Of a stretch of DNA of 64,000 nt, positions 31,477-40,853 are shown piece by piece. The stretch spans positions 1,594,146 through 1,658,145 of the forward strand of contig OZ244226.1 in the NCBI GenBank assembly GCA_965217035.1. The letters are read 5' to 3'. Every line of letters begins with the position of its first letter. Position 1 is the stretch's first letter. Origin of the DNA: Bacteriovoracaceae bacterium (GTDB lineage: Bacteria > Bdellovibrionota > Bacteriovoracia > Bacteriovoracales > Bacteriovoracaceae). Below the pieces are notes generated by a model, which worked only from the letters and a program-made list of their open reading frames with translations, made no database searches and was not told the origin of the DNA. A program made the position numbers and the translations under genes.

Positions 31477-32381
31477 AATATTTATTTTTAATCCTAGTAA
31501 GCACAACAGCTTATCCTTACCGCCCCACCCTAGAATCACTCTTTAGGAATAATAATAATGCAAATTTTGAGCAACCAACAACAAACATAGGTTTATTTGT
31601 TCGAAAGCAGGATGAGAAAGAGGGGTTCTATACTTCTATTGCATTTACAGAATACCCCAGTGGAAATGAAGTGTTTCAAGTTTATAAAGAAAAAAAAGAA
31701 ACTCCTAAGGTGAGTGCACTTAAAGAGTTGCCTCGTGTCGAAACATTACTTGCTGATAAACCGGAACGTGCTTTGTTTTATTCTTTCATGGGAATGATTC
31801 TTCGAAACAACTCAGAAATGGTTATTAGCGCTCTTAAGAGAAAAGGGTTGGATGTTGCCTTTAATAGAGAGATGGAGAATAAGAACAAAAAACTACTTCT
31901 CGAAAAGTATCGAAGTTTTTTAGAAAAAAAACGCTTAGATCCCGAGTATAGTGATGAACTTTCGCCCTTAAACGGCAAGTCTGACGATGAAAAAGCAAGG
32001 CTCATGGCCCTTTATAATGAAAGCTATTATTTAAATGCGGAAAAGGCTCAATTAGTTAAGGATGGCAGTTATGTTTATTGGAAGATCATCAAAGACGGCT
32101 TTGAAGCACTTTTTCATTCTGGAACTCGAAGGCTTCATAAAATTACTTTTAAAAATGAAGATCAAATTTTTGAAATGAGTTTTTCTCGCTATTTTAAAGT
32201 GGATGGAATTCATGAAGTTCCTCAGTATATAAGTGTTAAGTATGATGATGATATTTACGTCCTTGAAGTGAAGGATTATAAAGAATACAAACTCAATGAT
32301 TTCCAAAAAAAGAAAATAGCGGATAAAAGTTTAGTTTCGGATTCATCAAGTCTTAGTGTTCCTGGATTTTTAATTCAATAA
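31473..32381 (+). CDS. Hypothetical secreted protein
   Basis: 302-aa ORF coupled to galU (ATGA overlap); short signal peptide. Confidence 0.7.
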   Translation: MKYLFLILVSTTAYPYRPTLESLFRNNNNANFEQPTTNIGLFVRKQDEKEGFYTSIAFTEYPSGNEVFQVYKEKKETPKVSALKELPRVETLLADKPERALFYSFMGMILRNNSEMVISALKRKGLDVAFNREMENKNKKLLLEKYRSFLEKKRLDPEYSDELSPLNGKSDDEKARLMALYNESYYLNAEKAQLVKDGSYVYWKIIKDGFEALFHSGTRRLHKITFKNEDQIFEMSFSRYFKVDGIHEVPQYISVKYDDDIYVLEVKDYKEYKLNDFQKKKIADKSLVSDSSSLSVPGFLIQ

Positions 32382-32383
32382 TT

Positions 32384-34360
32384 ATGAGATTATGTGAAGT
32401 CGCTGTTAACTATCCTAGGTTAAACTCAATATTAACTTATAAAATTCCTGAAGGTTTCGATTTAGATCTTGGATCACTCGTAGAAGTACCATTAGGAAGA
32501 AGAAAAGAGGTTGGTTGTGTTGTTAAACTTGAAGGCGTTAATTTTAGCGAAGAAATTAAATATAAAGAGATCTCGCAAAGTGAAAAAGAGTATTTTGCGC
32601 TTGATCCTGAGGAAATAGAACTTTTTCAATGGGTTTCGAAGTATTATATCTATTCTATGGGGAAGCTTATTTTCGATTGTTTGCCTCCTTATTTAAAAAG
32701 AATTAAAAATCCAGACGCGATACAAGGGCAATCAAAGATTTTTCCAATTACTTATAATGAAAATCAAAAAAATATTATAGAGAAAATCATTTCTCATGGA
32801 GATAACTTCCACCAAAACTTAATCCATGGAGTAACTGGAAGTGGGAAAAGTTTAATTTTCCTTGAGCTAATTAAGGAAACAATAAAAAAAGGAAAATCTG
32901 TTCAGTTTTTAGTTCCTGAAATCAATCTTACTCCACAGTTTATTGATTTCTTTTCAGAGTTTTTAGATTGTAAAATTTATGTTTTTCATAGCAATATTAC
33001 CAACTCTCAACGCTTTAATTTATGGAGAAGTGTTAAGAATTTGGAAGAGCCTGTTTTGGTGATTGGTGTTCGAAGCTCTGTTTTTCTTCCTGTTTCGAAT
33101 TTGGGTTTAATTGTTGTTGATGAAGAGCATGATCCTTCATTTAAACAAGAGGATCGATGCCGTTATAATGCCAGAGATGTTGCGGTCAAAAAATGCCAAC
33201 TCTTAAATATTCCAATCGTTCTTGGTACAGCGACTCCAACCCTGGAGAGTTATCATCGATTTAAGAATAAAAATGCGAGTCATTATTATGAACTGAAGGA
33301 AAGATTCAATAATTCTAAACTTCCAGAAATCAAGATTTGTCACATTCCAACTGAAGAATCTAAAACTTGGCCAATCGATCATAAAGTTCTCGATGATTTA
33401 AGCGATGTTTTAAAAAAGGGTGGACAAGCGATCGTTTTTGTAAACAAACTTGGGTTTTCGAAGTACTTGCAATGTTCAGCTTGCTACCATAATTTTCAAT
33501 GTCCAAATTGTTCCATTAATCTTACATACTTTAAAAACCGTGGAAGTCTTGAATGTCATTGCTGTGAGTATAAAACAATCGTACCTAGAGAATGCCCAGA
33601 ATGTGGCTGTCTAGATATTCATCATCAAGGCTTCGGAACTGAAAAAGTTCTCAAGACTTTAGAGGAAAGGTTTCCAGAATATAGAGTTGACCGATTTGAT
33701 CGAGATGAATTGAAAAAAATCGAAGATGTTGAAAAAGCTTTAAAAAAATTCCAAAAAGGTGAAACGAATATTCTGGTAGGAACACAAATGATTTCTAAAG
33801 GGCATAATTTAAAAAATGTTCAAAGAATTGTAATTTTAGGCATGGATTCCTATCTTCATTCGCCAGACTTCAGGGCCAGTGAAAGAATTTATCAATTAAT
33901 CCAACAAGTTTCTGGAAGAGCGGGAAGGTTTGGTGAAAAAGCTGAAGTTACTATCCAAAGTGATATTAGCCCAAAGTTTTTTAAGGCGATTCAGGAGCAT
34001 TCTTTTAATCAGTTCTTTGACAATGAATTAGAAATAAGAGAGAGACTTAACCTTCCTCCATTTTCAAAACTGACCCAATTATCATTTGAAGGAAAGACGG
34101 ACTCTGAAGCCAAGAGAAAAGCTCTTCATGCCAAGCAAGTTTTTGAGGCTTTAATTGAAAAGCATTCATTTTCGCTCAGTATCTTAGGACCGACTTCTGC
34201 AGTCGTAACAAAAAGAAAAAATAAGTATTACTGGAATCTTTTACTCAACTATGAAAACCCCTCTGGTGCAAATAGTCTTCTTTCACAAGTCTTTAAACAG
34301 GCGAAAGGACGGGACTTTCACGGCACAATCATTGATGTTGATCCCTATCACATAAACTAG
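32384..34360 (+). CDS. priA: Primosomal protein N' (replication restart helicase)
   Basis: GVTGSGKS, VPEINLTPQ, DEEHD, four CxxC, QVSGRAGR, IDVDP. Confidence 0.97.
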   Translation: MRLCEVAVNYPRLNSILTYKIPEGFDLDLGSLVEVPLGRRKEVGCVVKLEGVNFSEEIKYKEISQSEKEYFALDPEEIELFQWVSKYYIYSMGKLIFDCLPPYLKRIKNPDAIQGQSKIFPITYNENQKNIIEKIISHGDNFHQNLIHGVTGSGKSLIFLELIKETIKKGKSVQFLVPEINLTPQFIDFFSEFLDCKIYVFHSNITNSQRFNLWRSVKNLEEPVLVIGVRSSVFLPVSNLGLIVVDEEHDPSFKQEDRCRYNARDVAVKKCQLLNIPIVLGTATPTLESYHRFKNKNASHYYELKERFNNSKLPEIKICHIPTEESKTWPIDHKVLDDLSDVLKKGGQAIVFVNKLGFSKYLQCSACYHNFQCPNCSINLTYFKNRGSLECHCCEYKTIVPRECPECGCLDIHHQGFGTEKVLKTLEERFPEYRVDRFDRDELKKIEDVEKALKKFQKGETNILVGTQMISKGHNLKNVQRIVILGMDSYLHSPDFRASERIYQLIQQVSGRAGRFGEKAEVTIQSDISPKFFKAIQEHSFNQFFDNELEIRERLNLPPFSKLTQLSFEGKTDSEAKRKALHAKQVFEALIEKHSFSLSILGPTSAVVTKRKNKYYWNLLLNYENPSGANSLLSQVFKQAKGRDFHGTIIDVDPYHIN

Positions 34361-34396
34361 TTTACTCAGGTAAAATTAACCACAATTATTTATTAT

Positions 34397-34423
34397 TAAA
34401 GACGTTTCACTGGTTTCCGATAG
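34397..34423 (+). promoter_or_regulatory. Sigma28 (FliA)-like promoter
   Basis: TAAA-N15-TCCGATAG versus consensus TAAA-N15-GCCGATAA, 24 nt before ATG 34448. Confidence 0.65.
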
Positions 34424-34447
34424 GAATGTGAAGGTGAAGATACGTTT

Positions 34448-36841
34448 ATGAAAAAAATATCACTTTATAGCGCCATTTGCTTAATCATTATAGGGATCTA
34501 TAGTATCTCTGCTTTCTCACAGGCTCAGCATAGAGGACCTGCTTCATGTATTGGTTCAATGTCTTATAAAGAGCCGGGTGGAAGCCTACTTCATAACTCA
34601 TGTCTTACTTTCGATCCTGAATTTGAATGTAAAGAAGAAACTCATACCATGTCTGCTGATAGTTATCAAAAAATTGCAAAAGAATTTCTTGATAATTTTG
34701 AAGATAGTGGGCTCTTAAGAATGTTTGAAGAAAGAGGGCTACCACTTCCTGAAATGAAAATTGAATATGATTCAAATAATAAATTTAGAATTAAAACTAA
34801 AAACTTTCCTGTTTGTATGAATATCTTCAATAAAAATGGAGGGAAGCTCCCAGAAGGTTCATCCAATTCAAAAGTTTATATTCCGTATTTGAAAGTTAAA
34901 GAAGATGTTTATAAACGGTGTAAAAATGGAAGTAAAAAAGTAAAATGCTTCTTTGATAAAAATCTTAAATTCCTTGGAAATGCTGCAAGGAAAATCTTTA
35001 AAGGGAAAGATGCCGAGAAATGGCAAGGTCCCAATTTTAATACTAAAGATTTTCTTGAAGAATGTATGAAAAGGGTTGCTAAGAAGTCTAAAAATTATCT
35101 AACAAGAGATAACTTTCTTGGAATTGGGTCTGATCGTATAGAAAAAGCGAAATCACTCTTTCAAGAAGATTCTGTTATTGAATTTGATGATTATAAGTAT
35201 GATCGCCAAACACTGGTAACGAGTCCAGCTCTTGATGAAAAATCACAGAGTTGCCTCGGTGACTTTAAAGACAAAAATAAAATGCTTGAATTGAAGAGTA
35301 TTGCAAGCGATGGGACTTTAAAGACTCAAAGAACACTTTATTATGGATGTAATAGAGAGGATCAATTTTTACCAGGTATCGATAGAAAGTTATTGGCGAA
35401 TTTAGAGGATATTGCTTTAAGTTTGAGTGATAAGAAGATAGTCGATTATAACGGAAAAGGTGACTATTCGATACCTCTTTCTAGTGAAGATCTCAATAAT
35501 GAATGTACTCCTGAAAAGATAGAATCTAAGGATCTGCAGGAACTTTTAGGTGAAAAAGATGGTTCTGTTGAAGCTTTTGATAATTTTTTAGCGAAGCTTA
35601 ATGAAAATACTCAACAGCGCTTTTATGAGTATACAGCAGCAAGAGATCTGCACAGTGAAAATAAGTTTCGAGCTTCAAAACGAAAGATGACCTCTCTTCA
35701 AAGCAGTTTTAAAAATAAGGACAAGGAAAATATATATGACTTAGATCTAATGTTTAAACTTGCTAAAAGATTAAACTCTAATGAAAAAACTCAAGAGAAA
35801 GCAAGAACCCTTTTTGATAATTACAGAAAACTCAGAAGAATGTCTGAGGCAAAAGTAAGTAATCCAGTCTCAGACAAGGCCGTTGATCAGAAACTTGCTA
35901 ATCAAGCCGTTGAGTTTCAGGTTTGTGCTGCTGTCGCAAACCTCAAGGGTATGGTTGGACCGGAAGATTGTCAGATTTCAGGTAAAAAAACGACCCAAAC
36001 TCTTGCACACCTTAAAAAGTTTAAAGAAGCGATTACTGATAAAGATGACGATGAAGAAGAAGAAAAAGGTCCAGACCTTTCACTTTATCAATCAACCGTG
36101 TCTGATTCTGTAAAAATTCAGGATAAAGCGAATTCGCTTGTCGATGTTAATTATCCAGATAATCCAAATAGAAGAGATCTTGATGCAACTATTAAGTTAC
36201 TTGAAAATAGAAAAGCTTATATTGATAAGTATATAAAAGGACTTGCCGTTGGAAAAAATGGCAAAGAAGGCCCTAGGGAAGAACATATTAAAAGATGTGA
36301 AACCCCATTTAAAGATTATGATCCAACTAAAGATAGTGATCTAGTTGCCTTCTTAAATAAGATTGAAAAAGATGTCGATCTTAAAAAAGACAAAAAGGAT
36401 AAAAAAGAAAAAGCTATAGCGAATAGTGGATCGTCAGATAATAGTGAAATGCTTGATTTTATGAAGCAGTGGATGATGTATCAAGCTCAAATGAATCAAG
36501 GTCAGAATAACGGTTTTTATAACAACGTTGGTGGCGGAGGAAATAATGCTTGGGTTATGAATGCTATCAACGGTTTTTCAAATCAAATGTATAATATGGC
36601 CTATAACAATCTTGAGATGCATGGTCTTTACTTGGATCGTTATAATAGCATGAGTACCAATATGTTAAATTATCAACTTGGTACAACAAATTATCTACTT
36701 GATACACAGGCTGTGAGTAACTCGTTCTTATACGATTCAATTTTAAGAAATTCGGGATCTTTTTACACGCCACCTTTGGCGACGCCGACTTTCTTTGATT
36801 CGACTAGAGTTCCAGCGAGTTTAGACTTCACATTTCGTTAG
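34448..36841 (+). CDS. Large secreted Cys-containing hypothetical protein with Q/N/M/Y-rich C-terminus
   Basis: 797-aa ORF, signal peptide, many Cys, low-complexity tail. Confidence 0.75.
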   Translation: MKKISLYSAICLIIIGIYSISAFSQAQHRGPASCIGSMSYKEPGGSLLHNSCLTFDPEFECKEETHTMSADSYQKIAKEFLDNFEDSGLLRMFEERGLPLPEMKIEYDSNNKFRIKTKNFPVCMNIFNKNGGKLPEGSSNSKVYIPYLKVKEDVYKRCKNGSKKVKCFFDKNLKFLGNAARKIFKGKDAEKWQGPNFNTKDFLEECMKRVAKKSKNYLTRDNFLGIGSDRIEKAKSLFQEDSVIEFDDYKYDRQTLVTSPALDEKSQSCLGDFKDKNKMLELKSIASDGTLKTQRTLYYGCNREDQFLPGIDRKLLANLEDIALSLSDKKIVDYNGKGDYSIPLSSEDLNNECTPEKIESKDLQELLGEKDGSVEAFDNFLAKLNENTQQRFYEYTAARDLHSENKFRASKRKMTSLQSSFKNKDKENIYDLDLMFKLAKRLNSNEKTQEKARTLFDNYRKLRRMSEAKVSNPVSDKAVDQKLANQAVEFQVCAAVANLKGMVGPEDCQISGKKTTQTLAHLKKFKEAITDKDDDEEEEKGPDLSLYQSTVSDSVKIQDKANSLVDVNYPDNPNRRDLDATIKLLENRKAYIDKYIKGLAVGKNGKEGPREEHIKRCETPFKDYDPTKDSDLVAFLNKIEKDVDLKKDKKDKKEKAIANSGSSDNSEMLDFMKQWMMYQAQMNQGQNNGFYNNVGGGGNNAWVMNAINGFSNQMYNMAYNNLEMHGLYLDRYNSMSTNMLNYQLGTTNYLLDTQAVSNSFLYDSILRNSGSFYTPPLATPTFFDSTRVPASLDFTFR

Positions 36842-38313
36842 AAGTCTAGATAAAGTCTCATTCCTAATGCTAACTGGTCATCTGTTTCAAGAGGAGTCGC
36901 AGTATTATTAAATGCGTAATAATCTCCAACTGAAAGATAAGCAAGGAATCCATTTAAATTAAGATTAGGATTCCATTGATAATCAAAAGAAACATCGAGT
37001 TCGATACCTAGATCATCTTCTTGGCTCGCTGTTGCAGCAGTAGCATAATAACCTTGCTCATGTTGCCAGAAACGATTTCCTGATTCCGCCGTTTCATTAG
37101 CCTTTGCCCAAATCACGTCGAAATTCCAAGTCCATAGACCAGAAATATATTGAGCTCCTAATTTGGCAAAAGTAACGTTTGAAATAGCAGCATCAAAGAT
37201 ATCTCCAGAACCTGCATTCTCAACAGCATTAAGATTGTAACGGAAAAGGAGTTCAGCTATGTTGAAGTTAGGATGTAAGTACATGGCTTCAAAAGTATTA
37301 CTTGAACTATCCCCACTAATAAAACCTCCGTCGAGTGAGAGTGTCCAGCTGTCATTGGCTTGGTACTTGGCTTGGGCGATATAAGCAGAAGCTCTATAGT
37401 TTGAGTTTTCACCGTTATCATAGATGTCACCAATTTCTCCATCAACAAAAGGAATCTCAAGTCCTAAAGAGAACTTGTCCCAGTATTTATGATAAAAAAC
37501 ATCGATAAGAGTGATACTCGAACTTCCAATAGAGTCAGTAGTGCTTGTCCCACCTTGGTTAGTATAAAGTGTATTAGTTCCACCTGTTCTTCGGCTTCCA
37601 TAATAAATACCAAACTTAAGATCTTTATCTGGATTGTCATAAAGAGCTGAGATTGCAAGATCTTTAACTTCTTGATCGTGAGTTAGGTTTTGATTTCCGT
37701 TACTAATATTGGACCACTGTGGAGTAATATAAAAATTACCAAGACTAAAAGTCGCTTCGAAACCTTCATAAAGTGTGAAGAAACGATCTTCAGCTCGACT
37801 GCCGCCATTGAAAACAGCTCCGAGTCCCCAATGTTTAGCAAATCTTCCAACTTTAAAAGTAGCAATATCTGCAAATATATTCATATAAAATTGTGAGACA
37901 TTTAAGGAATTATTATTACTAGAAGTCACGTTATAAAACTGGCCACCAAAGCTTTGGTTTTCTCTCACAATAGCATCATCACCAATTGTTCCTCCACGGC
38001 CATAACCAGAAGAAAGTTCTGCTTTAACAGTGACATGATCATTAACAACCATTTCTGGATTTAAGCGAAATAAGTAAGTTTGAATAAAGGCTTTGCTTGC
38101 ATTTCCACCAATTTCCTGACTTCCGTTTCCAGTTGCAGCAGGTTGTAAAGTTGTAGCCGCATCAGTTCTTCTATAACTATCCAATCGAATTGTGTCGAAA
38201 CCAATAGACCCTTTAAAGGTAACGGGAATCCCAGCAGAGAAACCTTCTTTTGAAGCGAAAAAACTCAATAGTAAAATGAGCAATAGCGGCTTGATGATAT
38301 AACGAGCTTTCAA
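36838..38313 (-). CDS. Outer-membrane porin-like beta-barrel protein
   Basis: TTG start with GGAG RBS, signal peptide, GRFAKHWGLG motif, ELDVSFDYQW strands, terminal LYLDF. Confidence 0.75.
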   Translation of the reverse strand: MKARYIIKPLLLILLLSFFASKEGFSAGIPVTFKGSIGFDTIRLDSYRRTDAATTLQPAATGNGSQEIGGNASKAFIQTYLFRLNPEMVVNDHVTVKAELSSGYGRGGTIGDDAIVRENQSFGGQFYNVTSSNNNSLNVSQFYMNIFADIATFKVGRFAKHWGLGAVFNGGSRAEDRFFTLYEGFEATFSLGNFYITPQWSNISNGNQNLTHDQEVKDLAISALYDNPDKDLKFGIYYGSRRTGGTNTLYTNQGGTSTTDSIGSSSITLIDVFYHKYWDKFSLGLEIPFVDGEIGDIYDNGENSNYRASAYIAQAKYQANDSWTLSLDGGFISGDSSSNTFEAMYLHPNFNIAELLFRYNLNAVENAGSGDIFDAAISNVTFAKLGAQYISGLWTWNFDVIWAKANETAESGNRFWQHEQGYYATAATASQEDDLGIELDVSFDYQWNPNLNLNGFLAYLSVGDYYAFNNTATPLETDDQLALGMRLYLDF

Positions 38314-38411
38314 GAGTTCTCCTTAGATAGAATTGTGGGATTCTGCGTGATACCCTAATAACGATACTTGAAATCGAGTTTAAAAAATATGAGTAAAACT
38401 GGCAATTATTA

Positions 38412-40388
38412 ATGAAACGGCTGATTTTGCGTATTTCCTTTTGGGTCTTCATCGCAATTGCGTTTCTGATCCTTTTTTTAGCTTCATACTCTTTTTATTT
38501 AATAGGAGACCTCAATAAAAAAGGTGGATTTGAGTTTAACGCTGTTTCCCAGGGGCGTGACTTAAGCACTGAAATCATTACCTTGGAGTTGGGTTCGTTT
38601 ATTCACAAAAAAGATATCGAGGTTTTGTATCCCTTTTTAGAGAATAACTCTCTGATTTATCCAAGATTTCAAGATTGGTTTAGTCGTTCGATTGAGGATG
38701 GTTCTATTAATCAAATACAAGAAGAACCAGGCTCCCAGACTCTACAAGTGAATTCTCCGACAGATTTTACAATCAAAATGATTAATGATTGTGATCGAGT
38801 TTATTGTTTTCAAAGAAAAATGAATTTTTCAGATATTCCTTCTGCCCTTTGGCGTGGATTGATTGGAGTTGAGGACTCTCGTTTTCTGGAACATAGAGGG
38901 GTTGATCTTCGCGCTCTTTTTAGGGCCCTTGTTGCTGATGTTAAGGCCATGGGTTTTGTGCAAGGTGGATCGACACTGACTCAACAGCTTGTAAAAAATC
39001 TTTTTTTTACAAATGAAAAGACTATTAATCGAAAAATTAAAGAAATGCTTCTTTCAATTTATATTGAAGCGAAATATGAAAAAGAAGAAATTCTTCAGGC
39101 TTACTTTAATGAAGTTATTTGGGGGAGTTTGGCTGGTGTCAGAATTAAAGGGGTTTACGGAGCAAGTCTATTTTATTTTTCTAAAAATCCCTCTGAACTT
39201 ACTGATTATGAATCTTCTATTTTGAGTGCGTTGCTTAAAGGGCCTTATTATTATCATCCATTAAAAAACTTAGAAGGTCTTAAGGAAAGAACCACTCTTG
39301 TTTATAATAAACTTCGAAATGATAATTATATAAGTAAAGAAGATCGAACCCAATGGTCTGATCAGGAATGGATAACCTGGAAAAATGATCTAAAAATAAA
39401 AAATACAGATTATCGTTATAAAGCTATTTCAGCAGCTTTGAAGCAAAAGGAGTTTTATGACTTTTATATTTGGTCGACAATAACGGGAGAGCGTTTAGCT
39501 GAATTAAAAAAGAGAAAAAATCTAAAAGAGGTTGATCTTGCTTCTAAAGTCTATATTCGAGATGTTTTAGAGTGTACTGGTCCAGATGAGGAGTGTGAAG
39601 ATTTTGTTTATTATTCAAAAAAAGAACGCAATCAAGAGGCAGCTGTAAAAGAAGAAAGAAATCAGGTCGGAAGCATTTTAAAACCACTAGTTTACCAAGC
39701 TTTTTTCAAAGAAAAGTTTAAAAAGGAAGATATTGTTTCCATGGAGCCGATAACCTTGAATTTACTTTCGGGAAAATGGACTCCCAAAGAAGCAGCTAAA
39801 GTTGAAGAAGCATATATTAATCTTGAAGAGGCTTTAAAAAAGTCTCGGAATATTCCAGTTATTAAACTTGCTCAAGAATATGGTTTTGATCAACTTGAAA
39901 AAGATTTGGATTATTATATTCCCCAAATGAATAGACCGCTTTCAGAATATCCTTCTCAATTGCTAGGGGCTCTTGAGCTAAGTGTTATGGAAATTTCAAA
40001 AATTTATCATAAGTTTATCCAACGGGAGTGCACGGCAATTGAAAATGGGGATCAAGATGATGATGAGGCTGTTCTTTTTATGTTATCAAATCCTCAAGAA
40101 ACAACGATTCGGCGCTTTTTAGATCCTATGATGCTTACCTTTCAGTTTTTTGGAAAGACAGGAACTTCTAATTATGCTCATGATAATTGGTTTGTCGGTT
40201 TTAATGGTAGGCATCTTGTAACCATTTGGACGGGACTCGAAGGCGTAAGGGGGAAAGAGTCTTTGCTGATTTCTGGGGCCAGTGCTGCCTATAAAATTTA
40301 CGAAGCCTACTGGTTGCGCTCTGGTAAAGGGTTTCCAGAATTTAATTGTCCAGAATCTCTTATTCAGTTTTCTGACGATGAGCAGTAA
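38412..40388 (+). CDS. Class A penicillin-binding protein (PBP1b-like transglycosylase/transpeptidase)
   Basis: EDSRFLEHRG, GGSTLTQQLVKN, RKIKE; SILK, SRN and KTGT transpeptidase motifs. Confidence 0.9.
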   Translation: MKRLILRISFWVFIAIAFLILFLASYSFYLIGDLNKKGGFEFNAVSQGRDLSTEIITLELGSFIHKKDIEVLYPFLENNSLIYPRFQDWFSRSIEDGSINQIQEEPGSQTLQVNSPTDFTIKMINDCDRVYCFQRKMNFSDIPSALWRGLIGVEDSRFLEHRGVDLRALFRALVADVKAMGFVQGGSTLTQQLVKNLFFTNEKTINRKIKEMLLSIYIEAKYEKEEILQAYFNEVIWGSLAGVRIKGVYGASLFYFSKNPSELTDYESSILSALLKGPYYYHPLKNLEGLKERTTLVYNKLRNDNYISKEDRTQWSDQEWITWKNDLKIKNTDYRYKAISAALKQKEFYDFYIWSTITGERLAELKKRKNLKEVDLASKVYIRDVLECTGPDEECEDFVYYSKKERNQEAAVKEERNQVGSILKPLVYQAFFKEKFKKEDIVSMEPITLNLLSGKWTPKEAAKVEEAYINLEEALKKSRNIPVIKLAQEYGFDQLEKDLDYYIPQMNRPLSEYPSQLLGALELSVMEISKIYHKFIQRECTAIENGDQDDDEAVLFMLSNPQETTIRRFLDPMMLTFQFFGKTGTSNYAHDNWFVGFNGRHLVTIWTGLEGVRGKESLLISGASAAYKIYEAYWLRSGKGFPEFNCPESLIQFSDDEQ

Positions 40389-40440
40389 AACTTTCCAAAA
40401 TAAGTAAAAGCGATTATAACCTATGAATACCTTTAATGAT

Positions 40441-40515
40441 TGGGGTGTCGACAAGTGGTAAGTCAACTGGTTTTGATCCAGTCATGCGCAGGTTCGATCC
40501 CTGCCACCCCAGCCA
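40441..40515 (+). tRNA. tRNA-Gln (anticodon TTG), CCA encoded
   Basis: Acceptor TGGGGTG/CACCCCA, D-arm GAC/GTC, anticodon arm ACTGG-TTTTGAT-CCAGT, T-arm GCAGG-TTCGATC-CCTGC, 3' GCCA. Confidence 0.97.
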
Positions 40516-40806
40516 TTTGTCAAACTGTTCGAATGAATAAAGCCCGTCAAACCGATAAGCTCTTTTTTTATGGAGTGGCTTTCCCCACAAAGTAGTGAAT
40601 CTTCATATCTTTAATCCCAATTTCAACGAATGTTCTCGATTAATGAATGATAGATCATGAAGACTTGATGAATATAAAACGAAGATTTAGCTAGGTTGGA
40701 ATGTTAAGCTTGCATTAGAAAAGACTAACTTAATAAATTAAAATCATTAGCTTTTTTGAATAATTAATCTGCAATCACAAATTGTCTCTATTGGGTTGAG
40801 GTATAG

Positions 40807-40835
40807 GAAAAGAGCCTCTTTTCAAGGCTCTTTTC
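40807..40835. terminator. Intrinsic terminator (perfect 11-bp inverted repeat)
   Basis: GAAAAGAGCCT-cttttca-AGGCTCTTTTC just downstream of the minus-strand gene ending at 40854. Confidence 0.8.
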
Positions 40836-40853
40836 TCTTAGGAGCGTAGTTTT

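Noticed and set aside
40538..40558. ACCGATAA sigma28-like -10 after the tRNA
   Set aside because: No correctly spaced -35 and no credible downstream ORF.
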